Shown in pieces: positions 43,885 to 55,614 of a DNA stretch of 64,000 nucleotides (position 1 is its first letter; every line of letters begins with the position of its first letter). Position numbers and translations under genes: made by a program. Source of the DNA: an uncultured cyanobacterium (GTDB lineage: Bacteria; Cyanobacteriota; Cyanobacteriia; Cyanobacteriales; Cyanobacteriaceae); contig CAVVOP010000021.1 in NCBI GenBank assembly GCA_963749915.1, positions 128,001-192,000 of the forward strand, given 5' to 3'. The notes below the pieces were generated by a model. It worked only from the letters and a program-made list of their open reading frames with translations, did no database searches and was not told the DNA's origin.

Positions 43885-46800
43885 GTGAAGCAGGATAGCA
43901 AACGCAAATGGGATAGTAGGATGAGTACGATCTTTGATTATCAAATTGTCACAAAAATTTACGAAAGCCCCAACTCCTTAGTTTATCGGGCTCTACCCTG
44001 TACTGATGAGCGTTCCGTAATTCTTAAAGTTCTCAAGAAAGATTATCCAAACCCGTCAGAGCTGACACGCTACAAACAAGAATACGAAATTACTCGCTCT
44101 CTCAAACTCGAAGGCGCGATCTCGGCTTCCGATCTATTTCCTTACGAAAATAGCCTCGCAATCGTTCTGGAAGATTTTGGGGCTCAATCTTTAGATATTT
44201 GGCTCAAATCTCGGGTTTTTACAATTTTAGAATTCTTGCAAATTGCCATACAAATTGCAGAAGCATTGGCTGGAATTCATGGGGCGAATATTATTCACAA
44301 AGATATTAATCCTTCGAACATTCTTTTTAATCCCAAAACTAGACAAGTAAAAATTATTGATTTTGGCATTTCTAGCATTTTTACGAAAGAAGCGCCTGTT
44401 CTGAAAAATCCCGATATTTTAGAAGGAACATTGGCCTATATGTCCCCAGAACAGACGGGAAGAATGAATCGTTCGCTTGACTATAGGACGGATTTTTATT
44501 CCTTGGGGGCAACGTTTTATACCATCTTGACCGAGCGACTGGTTTTTGAGGCTCGCGATGCGCTAGAGCTAGTTCACTGTCATATCGCCCGCGAACCCAC
44601 CCCTCCCCATGAAATTAACCCCTCTATCCCAGAAATCCTCTCTCGCATCGTGATGAAACTGCTTGCGAAAACAGCCGAGGAACGTTATCAAAGTGCCTTG
44701 GGTTTAAAGGTAGATTTAGAAGAATGCTTCGCACAGCTACAACAAACTGGAAAGATCTTAGAATTTCCGCTCGCTTGCCACGATTTGACCGAGCAATTTC
44801 AAATTCCGCAGAAACTTTACGGGCGAGAACCAGAGATTGAGGTTTTGCTTTCATCCTTCCAAAGAATTGTCGAGCCAGAAAACCAAGAACAGCCTCATGA
44901 GGGAGACAAAACAACGGGAGTTGATGCCCATCGAAAACGAGCTGAAGTCGCCCTTGTCGGCGGCTATTCCGGTATTGGTAAAACTTCCCTCATTCGGGAA
45001 CTCTACAAGCCTATCACCCAACAGCACGGCTACTTTATTGCGGGTAAATTCGACCAGTTTCAGCGCAATATTCCCTATTCGGCGGTCGTTGCAGCCTTCC
45101 AATCCCTCGCACGACAATTGCTTTCTGAAAGCCCGGCCCGGCTGGCTCAATGGCGCGAAAAATTGATCGCTTCTTTTGGCTCGAACGGTCAAGTCATCAT
45201 TGATGTTATTCCCGAGATTCAGCAAATCGTCGGGCCTCAGCCTCCCGTGCCGCCCATGGAACCCTCAGAGGCAAAAAACCGATTTAATCGTGTTTTCCAG
45301 AATTTTGTCCGAGTTTTTTGTCAGCGATCGCACCCTCTAGTCATTTTTCTAGACGATTTGCAATGGGCAGATTCGGCGAGCTTGCAGCTAATCGAACTAA
45401 TAATGACAGACAGCCAAATGGAGCATCTGCTTTTGCTCGGTGCCTATCGGGACAATGAGGTCAATCCCCATCATCCTGCCATGCTGTGGGTGGAGCGATT
45501 GAAAGAGCAGAATCAGATCGTTAACAGCATTATCCTCAAACCGCTTGAGCTTGAAGAAGTCGCTCAACTCCTTGCAGATGCATTCTATAGCGATCGAGAA
45601 ACCGTGCAAGCTTTAGCCAATTTAGTTTTGCAAAAGACTTCAGGGAATCCCTTCTTTATTAATGAATTTTTGAGAACGATCTACCAAACAAATCTATTAA
45701 CTCTCGATCGGAACCTTAGGTGTTGGCAGTGGGACGTAGATCGGATTCGAGCTGCAGACATTACAGATAATGTAGTGGACTTAATGCTAGGCAAGCTCAA
45801 AAAACTGATGCAGAAGACACAGATCGTACTTCGTCTAGCGGCCTGTGTTGGCAACCGCTTCGATCTCGGCACGCTCTCTATTATTTACGAAAAGCCTGCT
45901 GTTGAAGTTTTCAAAGAGCTTTTGCCTGCAATTCAGATGGGTTTCGTTCAGCCGACATCAGAGCTGGAAACGACCTCGGAAGATCCCATTGAATCTGACC
46001 TAGTCATTCAGGATTATGTATTTCGACACGATCGTATTCAACAGGCTGCTTACGCACTCATCGATCCCGATCAAAGGAAGGCAATTCACTTGCAAATTGG
46101 CAGATTATTAGTTACCAGTCTTGGGGAAAGCGAGCGAGAAGAGCAAATATTTACCTTGGTCGATCATCTCAATAAAGGAATAGACCTAGTCTCCGAAATA
46201 GACGAAAAAATAAAGCTAGTGGAGCTGAACTTGTATGCTGCGAAGAAGGCTAAAGAAGCAGTAGCCTACATGGCGGCTAGAGAATATTTAACTGTGGTGA
46301 GCAACGAATTCCCGGGAGAGATTTGGGAAGATCGCTACGACATGGCAATCGATCTTTACAGAGAACTTGCCGAAGTTGAATATCTTAACGGTGACTTCGA
46401 GAAATCCCAATCTCTAATTTCAATGTCTCTCGATCGAGTGCAAACGGATCTCGATAGCATAAGGTTTTACTTATTGAAAATCACGGTAAATGTTATGTTA
46501 GGACGCTACGTAGAAGCTCTTGCAGTGGGTCGAACTGCTTTGAAAATGCTAGGAACTGACTTACCCGATCAAGACCTTTCCTCAGCATTCGAGACGGAAC
46601 TTGTCAAGTGTAGAGAGGCTTTAGGCGATCGAGAAATCGACACTTTATACGATAATCCTGAAATGAGTTCTCCGAGAAAAGAAGCAGAGTTTGAACTCTT
46701 ATATAGGATGCTTCCTACTGCTTGGTCTACAGACCCAAAGTTAATAAATGTTGTAATCAGTAAAATAGCGAATATCAATATTGAATACGGACATACACCA

Positions 46801-49662
46801 TTCTCTCCATTAGCCTATGTTTTCTTTGGTATAATCAACAATCACGCTCTTGGCGAATATCATGTGGGTTCCCAATATAGCTCCCTTGCTTTGAGATTAT
46901 CTGATAAGTATGGAAATTTACAGTCTAAGGGAGTTGTGTTGTCTTATAGCGCGAATATGATAATGCTTTGGCTTCGACATATCAAGGATTCTGAGAAGGT
47001 TAACAACGAAGGCTTTAATTTTTGTTTGGAAGCTGGAGATATAGAATTTGCTGGATACTCATCTGTCTATAACCTATATAATTTAATTTATCAGGGGAAA
47101 AACTTGGAAATTCTTCTGAAAGAGGTGTCTCTCGGCCTGCAATTTAGTCAAAAGATCCAAAATCAATGGACTATTGATTGTCTGCTTGCTGCTAGGATTA
47201 TCATCAAAAATTTGCTTGGTGAAACCCCCAATAAGCACAGTTTCAATCTTGAAGAAGTTACTGAAGAGAATTTTATAGAAGCTTGCGGCAGCGAAAGAAC
47301 CCCAGCAGCACTTTGTTTTTATCAGATATTTAAAGCCCAAGTGCTTTACTTGTACGAACAACCCGCTCCATTAGCCTTATTAGAAGAATCAGCTAAATTA
47401 TTTGGCTACATTCCAGCAACGATATCAATTGCCAAGCATAATTTTTATTATTCGCTAACCCTGATTGCCCATTATCCAGAATCATCACTAGCAGAACAAC
47501 AAGAATACAGGCAACAATTAGAAACCAATCAAAAACAGATGAAAACGTGGGCAGATAACTGCGAGGCCAACTTCTTGCACAAATATCTCCTCGTCGCCGC
47601 AGAAATGGCTCGTATTTCTGACCAATGGACAGAAGCAATGGAACTCTACGATCGCGCCATTGAGTCCGGCAAAGAACACGAATTCATCCAAAACGAAGCA
47701 TTAGGCAACGAACTAGCCGCCAAATTCTGGCTGGCACGAGGGAAAGAAGACTTTGCCAAACTCTATATGAGAAAAGCACGTCAAGGCTATCAGCTCTGGG
47801 GCGCAAAACGTAAAGTCGAAGACTTAGAAGAAAGGTATCCACAATGGTTTACCTCGCAATCCTACGAGTCTGACGACGTAACCACAACTTCCACGGGACG
47901 AACTGCCAAGTCCTTAGACATTGAAACCGTTATTAAAGCCTCAGAAACCCTATCCAAAGAAATTGTCTTAAAAAACTTACTCGCCAAGTTGATGAAAATC
48001 GCCATTGAAAATGCAGGCGCACAAAAAGGTTTCTTGATTTTAGAGAAAGAAGAAAATTGGTTCATTGAAGCCGAAGGCAATGTCGATGAGAGTAAGACAA
48101 AATTATTACAATCCATTCCGATTGAAACTAAAGAAACAACAGAACCCCCTTTACTTTGCTCAGCCATTGTCAATTATGTTGCTCGCGCTAAAAAGAACAT
48201 TATTTTAGACGATGCTTGCCATGAAGGAGACTTTACCAACGACCCTTATATCCTCTCAACCCAAGCCAAATCCATCCTCTGCATCCCCTTAGTACACCAA
48301 AGTCACGTTAGCGGCATTCTCTACCTCGAAAATAACCTCAGCACCAACGCTTTTACCAGCGATCGCCTTGAACTCCTCAACATCCTTTCCAGTCAGGCGG
48401 CGATTTTGATCGAAAACTCCCGCCTCTACCAGACTCTAGAGCAAAAAGTCGAAGAACGCACCCTAGAACTCTCCCAAACCCTGGATATTCTCAAAGCCAC
48501 CCAAGCCGAACTGCTCTTTGAAAACGAGCTACTCAGAAGTACCGAAGAACCCTCCACCTTTGACTATCAAGTAGGTGGGAGCTTGCCCATGGATGCCCCC
48601 ACTTATGTAGTGCGCTCCGCAGACCGCTACCTCTACAAAGCCTTGAAGCGCGGGGAGTTTGGCTACGTCCTCAATCCCCGCCAAATGGGTAAATCCAGCC
48701 TGATGGTACGCATGATGTATCACCTCCAGCACGAGGGAGTAAGCTGTGCGGCGATTGATATGACTCGCATTGGCAGTGAAAACGTTACTCCTGACCAATG
48801 GTACAAGGGATTGGCATTCGAGCTATGGCGAAGTTTTGGTTTGCTAGGGAAGGTCAATCTCAAAGCTTGGTGGCAAGAGCGAGAAGATATTTCGACCGTT
48901 CAGCGGTTGAGTCAATTTATCGAAGAAGTGCTGCTGGTTGAAGTCGGCGGAGAAGATGGCACTCCCTCAAAACAACTGGTAATTCTTATCGATGAAATTG
49001 ATAGCGTCTTGGGTTTAGATTTCCCGATTAATGACTTTTTTGCCCTGATTCGCTCCTGCTACAACCAGCGCAGTCTCAATCCCGAGTATCGGCGTTTAAC
49101 CTTTGCTTTCTTTGGTGTCGCCACCCCCTCGGATTTAATTACCGACAACCAGACCACCCCTTTTAACATCGGTCAGGCTATTCAACTAGAGGGCTTTAAA
49201 GAGCATGAAGCCCAACCTTTACTGCAAGGATTAGCAGAGAAAGTGAGCAACCCGCAAACGGTGCTCAAAGAAGTCTTGGCCTGGACGAGTGGCCAGCCTT
49301 TTCTTACCCAAAAGCTCTGTAAGCTGATCCGCACTGCCTCTTCTCCTATTCCCCAGGGCGATGAAGCCGACTGGATTGAGAATTTAGTCCAAACTCAGAT
49401 AATCAAAAATTGGGAATCCCAGGATGAGCCAGAACATTTGCGAACCATCCGAGATCGCCTCCTCAGAAGCCAACAATCTGTTGAGCTACTAGAACTCTAC
49501 CGACAAATCTTACATCAGGGAGAAGTTGTCGCCACCGACAGTCCAGAAGAAAAGGAATTGCTCTTATCGGGGCTGGTGGTCAAGCAACAGGGGTCTCCCA
49601 AAGTCCATAACCGCATTTATGAATTAATCTTCGACCGCAGTTGGGTTGAGCAGCACATCTAA
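43885..49662 (+). CDS. Ser/Thr kinase - AAA ATPase - helical repeats - GAF - C-terminal AAA_35 multidomain sensor (start 43885 or 43921)
   Basis: [63 protein letters not shown]; then [33 protein letters not shown] instead of a His-kinase. Confidence 0.92.
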   Translation: MKQDSKRKWDSRMSTIFDYQIVTKIYESPNSLVYRALPCTDERSVILKVLKKDYPNPSELTRYKQEYEITRSLKLEGAISASDLFPYENSLAIVLEDFGAQSLDIWLKSRVFTILEFLQIAIQIAEALAGIHGANIIHKDINPSNILFNPKTRQVKIIDFGISSIFTKEAPVLKNPDILEGTLAYMSPEQTGRMNRSLDYRTDFYSLGATFYTILTERLVFEARDALELVHCHIAREPTPPHEINPSIPEILSRIVMKLLAKTAEERYQSALGLKVDLEECFAQLQQTGKILEFPLACHDLTEQFQIPQKLYGREPEIEVLLSSFQRIVEPENQEQPHEGDKTTGVDAHRKRAEVALVGGYSGIGKTSLIRELYKPITQQHGYFIAGKFDQFQRNIPYSAVVAAFQSLARQLLSESPARLAQWREKLIASFGSNGQVIIDVIPEIQQIVGPQPPVPPMEPSEAKNRFNRVFQNFVRVFCQRSHPLVIFLDDLQWADSASLQLIELIMTDSQMEHLLLLGAYRDNEVNPHHPAMLWVERLKEQNQIVNSIILKPLELEEVAQLLADAFYSDRETVQALANLVLQKTSGNPFFINEFLRTIYQTNLLTLDRNLRCWQWDVDRIRAADITDNVVDLMLGKLKKLMQKTQIVLRLAACVGNRFDLGTLSIIYEKPAVEVFKELLPAIQMGFVQPTSELETTSEDPIESDLVIQDYVFRHDRIQQAAYALIDPDQRKAIHLQIGRLLVTSLGESEREEQIFTLVDHLNKGIDLVSEIDEKIKLVELNLYAAKKAKEAVAYMAAREYLTVVSNEFPGEIWEDRYDMAIDLYRELAEVEYLNGDFEKSQSLISMSLDRVQTDLDSIRFYLLKITVNVMLGRYVEALAVGRTALKMLGTDLPDQDLSSAFETELVKCREALGDREIDTLYDNPEMSSPRKEAEFELLYRMLPTAWSTDPKLINVVISKIANINIEYGHTPFSPLAYVFFGIINNHALGEYHVGSQYSSLALRLSDKYGNLQSKGVVLSYSANMIMLWLRHIKDSEKVNNEGFNFCLEAGDIEFAGYSSVYNLYNLIYQGKNLEILLKEVSLGLQFSQKIQNQWTIDCLLAARIIIKNLLGETPNKHSFNLEEVTEENFIEACGSERTPAALCFYQIFKAQVLYLYEQPAPLALLEESAKLFGYIPATISIAKHNFYYSLTLIAHYPESSLAEQQEYRQQLETNQKQMKTWADNCEANFLHKYLLVAAEMARISDQWTEAMELYDRAIESGKEHEFIQNEALGNELAAKFWLARGKEDFAKLYMRKARQGYQLWGAKRKVEDLEERYPQWFTSQSYESDDVTTTSTGRTAKSLDIETVIKASETLSKEIVLKNLLAKLMKIAIENAGAQKGFLILEKEENWFIEAEGNVDESKTKLLQSIPIETKETTEPPLLCSAIVNYVARAKKNIILDDACHEGDFTNDPYILSTQAKSILCIPLVHQSHVSGILYLENNLSTNAFTSDRLELLNILSSQAAILIENSRLYQTLEQKVEERTLELSQTLDILKATQAELLFENELLRSTEEPSTFDYQVGGSLPMDAPTYVVRSADRYLYKALKRGEFGYVLNPRQMGKSSLMVRMMYHLQHEGVSCAAIDMTRIGSENVTPDQWYKGLAFELWRSFGLLGKVNLKAWWQEREDISTVQRLSQFIEEVLLVEVGGEDGTPSKQLVILIDEIDSVLGLDFPINDFFALIRSCYNQRSLNPEYRRLTFAFFGVATPSDLITDNQTTPFNIGQAIQLEGFKEHEAQPLLQGLAEKVSNPQTVLKEVLAWTSGQPFLTQKLCKLIRTASSPIPQGDEADWIENLVQTQIIKNWESQDEPEHLRTIRDRLLRSQQSVELLELYRQILHQGEVVATDSPEEKELLLSGLVVKQQGSPKVHNRIYELIFDRSWVEQHI

Positions 49663-49672
49663 GGGCAACGGG

Positions 49673-49812
49673 AGTCAGAAACAAGTCAGTCAATCTCAAG
49701 CTTGAACTCAGTTACAAGTCAGAAACAAGTTAGTCAATCTCAAGTTTGAACTCAGTTACCAGTAGGTTTTACTGAATATATCAGGTTCAAACAAGTAGAA
49801 CTTGATGTTCAA
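49673..49812 (+). promoter_or_regulatory. Right copy of the 99-bp module (49714-49812) with a 44-bp tandem duplication (49673-49760)
   Basis: AGTCAGAAACAAGTYAGTCAATCTCAAGYTTGAACTCAGTTAC twice; inverted homolog at 35127-35225. Confidence 0.75.
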
Positions 49813-49840
49813 CAAATTCAAACTTGGAGACCTTTTTCTG

Positions 49841-50158
49841 ATGAACAGAACTAGATTGAATCAGCTATCTCAGAAGCTATCTGACTTGCAAGCAGCTTGT
49901 CAAGGAAAATTTTCTCTGGATAGTGAAACTGAAGCGGTATTTCAAGAGTTAGCAGCAGAAATTGCCAGCCATCATCAGCATCATGTTTGTGAACAAGATA
50001 ATCAATTGCTGTATCTGGAAATTTTGCGCTACTTCCATCAGATTCATACTTTCCTTGATAATCAGCTTTCCTCGGGTGAATTGCCAAAGATGGCTGAGGA
50101 ATTATTGGAGATTGTCTCCTGTCAGGAATTTGAAAAGATCGCCCAATATTTTGTCTAA
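49841..50158 (+). CDS. Small helical hypothetical protein
   Basis: GGAG upstream of ATG 49841 (ORF open from 49802); HHQHH motif. Confidence 0.55.
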   Translation: MNRTRLNQLSQKLSDLQAACQGKFSLDSETEAVFQELAAEIASHHQHHVCEQDNQLLYLEILRYFHQIHTFLDNQLSSGELPKMAEELLEIVSCQEFEKIAQYFV

Positions 50159-50243
50159 TCAGGATTTGTTAATTGTTACTTCAAATCAGCTTCAAACAAG
50201 TCCAATCTGAGGTTCAACCAAACTCAATCACAGGAGAAATCAA

Positions 50244-50420
50244 ATGCAATTAATCGAGAAATCTCACCCACAAGCTGAATTAAAGACCGTTAACTCACCC
50301 AGTAAACTGCCCCGGCGTAAGTTATCTGCCCAATGGAAAGTTGTTGAAGGAAAACTTCGTTGTTTTTGGGTAGCTGAAAATACATCTAATACATTTAATA
50401 CATCTAATCACAATCACTAA
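50244..50420 (+). CDS. 58-aa small protein not in the ORF track
   Basis: AGGAG RBS; MQLIEKSHPQ...RRKLSAQWKVVEGKLRCFW...; the KLxAxWxVVxGKLxCxW motif resembles small cyanobacterial proteins. Confidence 0.6.
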   Translation: MQLIEKSHPQAELKTVNSPSKLPRRKLSAQWKVVEGKLRCFWVAENTSNTFNTSNHNH

Positions 50421-50432
50421 GGAGAGAAGACC

Positions 50433-50687
50433 ATGGAACTTTGTTATCGCGGAGTGAGCTACGGTTATGAACCACCAGTTGTGGCAACAACAGTTGGGGA
50501 AGTTGGCGGCAAGTATCGGGGTCTAAATTGGCAATTACGTAACTTGAAGAACCCACCAGTGCTGCGGTCGACAGATAACCTGACTTATCGGGGTGTTAAG
50601 TATAATAAGCCTGGCACAATTACCGCAAGAACAATTGAGCCTGAGACGACACTGACTATATCTACTGAACAAAAAGCTTGCTTGTAA
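50433..50687 (+). CDS. DUF4278-like small protein
   Basis: Repeated L.YRGV.Y / GKYRG motifs; AAGGAG RBS. Confidence 0.75.
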   Translation: MELCYRGVSYGYEPPVVATTVGEVGGKYRGLNWQLRNLKNPPVLRSTDNLTYRGVKYNKPGTITARTIEPETTLTISTEQKACL

Positions 50688-50723
50688 ATTATAAATTGAT
50701 TTTATTGGGGGAGTATCTAAGAT

Positions 50724-52823
50724 CCCACATTCCGCACGTCAAACTGTATAAATTCAGATTACGAGGTTAGAGGTTGAACAGTGATTGACTACGACAAGAA
50801 ATACTCGGTGATTAGTTCTCTAGCTTATAAAGAGAACTCAGATAAATTAGTAGAAAAATGAGCAACGTTTAAGGGATAATTAAATTCAGTTTTTAATTTA
50901 ATTTTGGAAATGATACTTTCAGAAGATATACAAGTTCAAACCATTAATCATTTAGGATTAATTGCTGGAGTTATAGATGAAATTGGCATTGAAGAAATTA
51001 TTAATGATGCCCTCGGTATTGACGAGAGGGAAATCGTGACAGCAGGTCAAATAGTCAAAGCAATTATTCTGAACGGATTAGGATTTATTTCTCGACCTCT
51101 TTATCTATTTCCACAGTTTTTTAAAGACAAAGCCACAGAACATTTAATCGGAAAAGGAATACTACCTGAGCATTTGAACGATGATAGAATTGGAAGAATA
51201 ATGGATAAACTTTATGAAAAAGGATTATCTTCATTATTTTTAATTATTGCTTTAGCCACAGTAAAAAAATATAATATCAACATAGATTTTTCTCATTTAG
51301 ATTCAACTTCTTTTGCGGTAGAGGGGAAATATAGTCAGGAAAAAATCACCAAAAATTTGGTCAAAGAAAATGCAGAATTAGAGTTAATTAATCAAATTCC
51401 AATTAAGATAATTAAAGGTTATTCCCGTGACCATAGACCAGATTTAAAACAATTTATTTTGGATTTAATTGTGAGTGGTGATGGTGATATTCCACTATTT
51501 TTAAGAGTAGCAGATGGTAATGAAAATGATAGAGCAGTTTTCGGCAAAATAGCGAAAGAATACAAATCAATGATAGATTTTGAGACGATGATAGTGGGTG
51601 ATAGTGCCTTATATACAGAAAATAACCTGAAATTAATGAGTGGAATAGAATGGTTATCGAGAGTTCCACTATCAATAAAAGAGGCAAAAAATTTAGTTTC
51701 AGAACTATCAGAATCTGATTTGACTCCAAGTAGTTTAGAAGGATATTCATGGTGTGAAGTAAGGAATAATTATGCAGAAATTGAGCAAAGATGGTTAATA
51801 GTAGAAAGTGAAAAAAGAAAAGTATCAGAGCTAGAAAAACTAAGGGAAAAAATAGAGAAAGAAAAAGAAAAAACCGAAGAAATATTAAAGAAATTGATGA
51901 AAGAAGAATTTAGCTCATCAGAGGGAGCTTATGAAACAGTTGTGAGACTAAATAAGACTTTAAAATATCATCACATAACCGAGCTAAAAATGACAGAAAG
52001 TGAGTTAAATAATCACAAGAAAAAATCGAAAAAGAAAGAAGAAAAATCGGGAAAAACTTATCAAGTTACGGCTATTTTGAAATCAGATTTAACGAAAATA
52101 AACGAATCAAAAAAAAGAGCAGGAAGATTTGTGTTAGCTACAAATAGATTGGATAAAAGTAAATTTAATTCTGATGAAATTTTAATTAAGTATAAAGAGC
52201 AACAAGCCGCAGAAAGAGGTTTTAGTTTTCTGAAAGAGCCATTATTTTTTGCCGATAGTGTGTTTTTAAAAACCCCAAAAAGAATCGAAACAATGGCAAT
52301 GTGTTTTTGGGGTTATGTCTGTTAGTCTATTCTTTGGGGCAAAGAGAAGTGCGTCGCTTATTAGAGGAGAGAAAAACGGGGATAAAAAATCAGCTGGGAA
52401 AACTAACGGAACGTCCAACGTTAAGATGGATATTTCAATGTTTTCAGGGGATTCATTTAGTAATAAATCAAGGAATAAAACAGATAGTAAATCTAACAAA
52501 TGAACGAAAACTAATTTTAAGTTTTTTCCCGATTTCTTGTCATAATTATTATATTTTATCTGGATAACTTATGGGATTTAAGAGTCTAAACATTCTCAAT
52601 TATAATACCATAAATAAAGAAGAGAAAACTGATAGATTTGCTCTGTTTATTTATTCTCATTAAAGGTGAAGTTATTGACAATGAGATTTTAATTTGAGCA
52701 AAGTTCGCGAGTACAAAACGCGAATAAAGAAGATATTGAGTATTATTACTTATATTTTGTCCAAAATAAGTTGCTTGGTTTTAATACTTTTATCATCTTA
52801 CAAAGTGAAGTACGGAATGTGGG
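50724..52823 (+). mobile_element. IS1634-family element, copy 2 (transposase frameshifted near 52300)
   Basis: Near-identical to 25606-27703 and in the same orientation; right TIR has 2 substitutions (TGAAGTACGGAATGTGGG); +2 indel splits ORFs 50904-52325 and 52301-52567. Confidence 0.93.
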
Positions 52824-53601
52824 TTTTATCCCAGCCGAGGAAGGTTAATTATTCCCCGTAATCCTCATCTACGGTTAGGTACACGCAGTAGAGCAGAATG
52901 GTTTTTATTGATGGTGTTGGTAGCGATCACGAAGTGGCAGGCTACGCCTGATCGCCGTCATCTCCATTAATATTAACAGTGCTGGAGGAATTATTAGGGG
53001 ATTTAATCAAGCCTTGGGACTACCTTCAGGAGCAGTTGAAGCGGCTAGCGAAGATACCTCTAGATACTTACTCACTGCCCATATTAGGGGACGTAATGCC
53101 ATCACGGAAATGCCCGTTGACGCATCCTATGAAGTAATCGAACCCTTGACTGCCAGTGATTTGTTAGTCAAAGACTCTTCAGGAATGATTTATCGAGTAG
53201 GACAATCTCAAGAATGCCAGATTATTGCCAGCCAAATTCGGGTTGAACGAGTTAAACCTATCACAACTAAAGTAACCAATCTTATTTTAGATGATGAGGA
53301 TATTTATACCGCCTTGAGTCAATTCAACATTCTCAATTCTCGAACAGCGAATACCGATGTTGAGCCAATGCAAAGCCCAAAGCGAATTGATTTGTCTGGA
53401 ACGCTTACTATCTTTGATGCAGAGGATTTAACTTTACCTTCTCATCTAGACAGATTTGATACTATCACCCTACAACCAGGGAGCGATATTGCTTATGCTC
53501 GATTAGTTTCAGCCAATCCTCAAGAAGTCATGCAGCTTCTGGGAGATTACTATGCCTCTGGAAATTTGATTGTGAGGACGATCGTCTTGAATAGTGAATA
53601 A
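52824..53601 (+). pseudogene. 3' part of a plasmid-type membrane-bound metal-dependent hydrolase-like gene, truncated by the IS and frameshifted
   Basis: FYPSRGRLIIPRNPHLRLGTRSRAEWFLL joins ..SAGGIIRGFNQALGLPSGAVE once a 25-bp insert is removed. Confidence 0.55.
52929..52953 (+). repeat. 25-bp twin-hairpin insert in a HIP1 site
   Basis: GCGATC[ACGAAGTGGCAGGCTACGCCTGATC]GC. Confidence 0.8.
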
Positions 53602-53690
53602 TTACTGGGCTAATTTATAATTCATTGAGAGGATTATTATGGAAGTAGAAACCTAATCTTATATTTAATAATAAAAACTGGAGAAATTTT

Positions 53691-53957
53691 ATGAATAATG
53701 AGCAAATTCTTTTAGAAACATGGCATAGTTTAACACCTGATAAACAACAAGAAGTAATTGATTTTTTACAATTTTTAAAACAGAAATATCCACCGAAAAA
53801 TGAATTATTAAATAGAGAGAAAAAAGAGAGATTAGAAAAACTTCAAAAATTACAAAGTATTCGGGATAAAATCGTAGCCAGCGGAGAGCCTTTATTAACT
53901 GCTGATGAAATAGAAAAAGAAGTTTTAGAAAGACGTGGAGGAGTTCAGTACGATTAA
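53691..53957 (+). CDS. Antitoxin (DUF2281-like)
   Basis: W..LTPDKQQEVIDFLQFL; directly upstream of a PIN toxin. Confidence 0.75.
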   Translation: MNNEQILLETWHSLTPDKQQEVIDFLQFLKQKYPPKNELLNREKKERLEKLQKLQSIRDKIVASGEPLLTADEIEKEVLERRGGVQYD

Positions 53958-53959
53958 TT

Positions 53960-54367
53960 ATGACTATTTCTTTTATTGACTCAGGAGTATTAATTGCCGC
54001 AGCTAGAGGAGAAGGAATAATAGCGGAAAAAGCTTTAGATATTTTGAAAAATCCTGATTTAGAATTTGCCTCTAGTTTCTATGTCCAAATGGAAGTTTTA
54101 CCTAAAGCTATTTTCTATCAAAATGATAATGAAGTTAAATTTTATCAAACCTTTTTTAGTTTAGTTTCTCATTGGGCTAATGATGAGGAAAAAGTTAAAC
54201 AAATTGCTTATGAACAAGCAAGTCAGTTTGGTTTAAGTGCTATGGATGCTCTACATATTGCGGCGGCAATTTCTGTTAATGCTGATGACTTTATTACGAC
54301 AGAAAAACTCAATAAACCAATTCATCGTACTAAAAGTATTAAATTAATCTCTATTTATCCTGAATAA
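53960..54367 (+). CDS. PIN-domain (VapC) toxin
   Basis: FIDSGVLIAA, EVLPKA, LSAMDALHIAAA, FITTE. Confidence 0.85.
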   Translation: MTISFIDSGVLIAAARGEGIIAEKALDILKNPDLEFASSFYVQMEVLPKAIFYQNDNEVKFYQTFFSLVSHWANDEEKVKQIAYEQASQFGLSAMDALHIAAAISVNADDFITTEKLNKPIHRTKSIKLISIYPE

Positions 54368-54411
54368 AAAATAATTGAAGAATTCATAATTTATAATTCA
54401 TAATTTAACCC

Positions 54412-54702
54412 ATGTTTTCTCGGAAAGAAAAGCCATTACCACAACCTGTTTTTGCAGCAATCCCTCAATCCAAAATTAACGATAACGTTCGATCGTCAAC
54501 TGAAGGTATTTTCTTAGGGGAAGATTGCTATTGGAATCCTACCGCTCTCCCTAACGGTCATGTAGTCGCCATTGGTGCCAGTGGAAGTGGTAAAACCCAG
54601 ACTTTGAGCGATCGCTGTTACTTCTACCCTCAAAAAATCTCTGCAATTAGGCCCCAATCAAGAAGGTCTAATGCTCGACATCTTAGAACTATGTTATGCT
54701 AA
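54412..54702 (+). pseudogene. N-terminal fragment of a HerA/VirB4-like P-loop ATPase
   Basis: NGHVVAIGASGSGKTQTL, then similarity is lost at a HIP1 site (~54608). Confidence 0.6.
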
Positions 54703-54731
54703 CCGAGGCATAACTCAGTCAGAGGTTAATA

Positions 54732-54986
54732 CCCACATTCCGCATGTTCTTTTAGAAAACAATCATATTTTAATGATTTTTACGCAACTTTACTATAGGT
54801 AATACATATATTTATTGTCACTATGCGGGCAGCTTCGCTGTGCCTTTGGCATCGCCATATACAGATTTTTACAGTATTTATATTTGTTTAATCTCAATTT
54901 CGTTGTTTTATTACTTGGGGAATATTTTGTAAACAAGGCGTTAAGGTATTACATGACATAGTGCAAATTGACGTGCGGAATGTGGG
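54732..54986. mobile_element. 255-bp MITE with IS1634-type ends
   Basis: CCCACATTCCGCA ... TGACGTGCGGAATGTGGG, same termini as the two IS1634 copies; no ORF. Confidence 0.85.
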
Positions 54987-55180
54987 GTATAAGAGAGTCT
55001 CTGGCTGCATCTCAGAGTTGAATAACATCATCAGCATAAATAAATGGTCGGGTGAGCGAAAAAATGGTTGGGAAAGATGAAAGCAGCAGACAAGGTCAAG
55101 TTTTGTTGTGTTGTCAATACTCTGTTAATATATCTAAAATATCAGCGATCGCATTATCATTATAAAATAGACGATCACAT

Positions 55181-55612
55181 TTATTCTGTTAAACATTCTA
55201 AGAAAGAATTAACACCTAACAATTTGATGCTATATAATTGCATTGCTCTTCTTAATTCTTCATCAGCACGTAAATCATCATCTCCAGATACAATAATATT
55301 TGCTTCTCCATCAATAGCTGTAGATAAAATAGGTAAGTCTTTAGGATCTCGGCAATGAGGAGGAATCGTTTTGGTTTCAACCCAGATTGAGCGACTTCTT
55401 AACTGTTTTTCTAGTCGTAAAGCTTGATTGATGTCAATATATTTTTTGAGTCTAGGTCGATTCCAAACTTCATGAAATTCATCGAAAAGAACTTGACTGA
55501 TAATTAGTTGAAATTTGTTCTTATTAAATGCTTCTAGTATTGGTAGTGTAACTCGTCCTTTTAGCAAAATACGAATCCAAATATTCGTATCAATGACTAC
55601 TCGTAATGTCAT
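55181..55612 (-). CDS. PIN-family putative toxin
   Basis: RVVIDTNIWI, CRDPKDLPILSTAIDGEANIIVSGDDDL. Confidence 0.88.
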   Translation of the reverse strand: MTLRVVIDTNIWIRILLKGRVTLPILEAFNKNKFQLIISQVLFDEFHEVWNRPRLKKYIDINQALRLEKQLRSRSIWVETKTIPPHCRDPKDLPILSTAIDGEANIIVSGDDDLRADEELRRAMQLYSIKLLGVNSFLECLTE

Positions 55613-55614
55613 GT

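Noticed and set aside
49673..49760. 44-bp direct repeat as a possible CRISPR array
   Set aside because: Only two abutting units, no spacers, and no cas genes in the window.
35127..49812. 99-bp inverted pair as transposon terminal repeats
   Set aside because: No transposase inside, no target duplication seen, and each copy sits at promoter distance from an RBS-bearing ORF; a regulatory role is preferred, though not proven.
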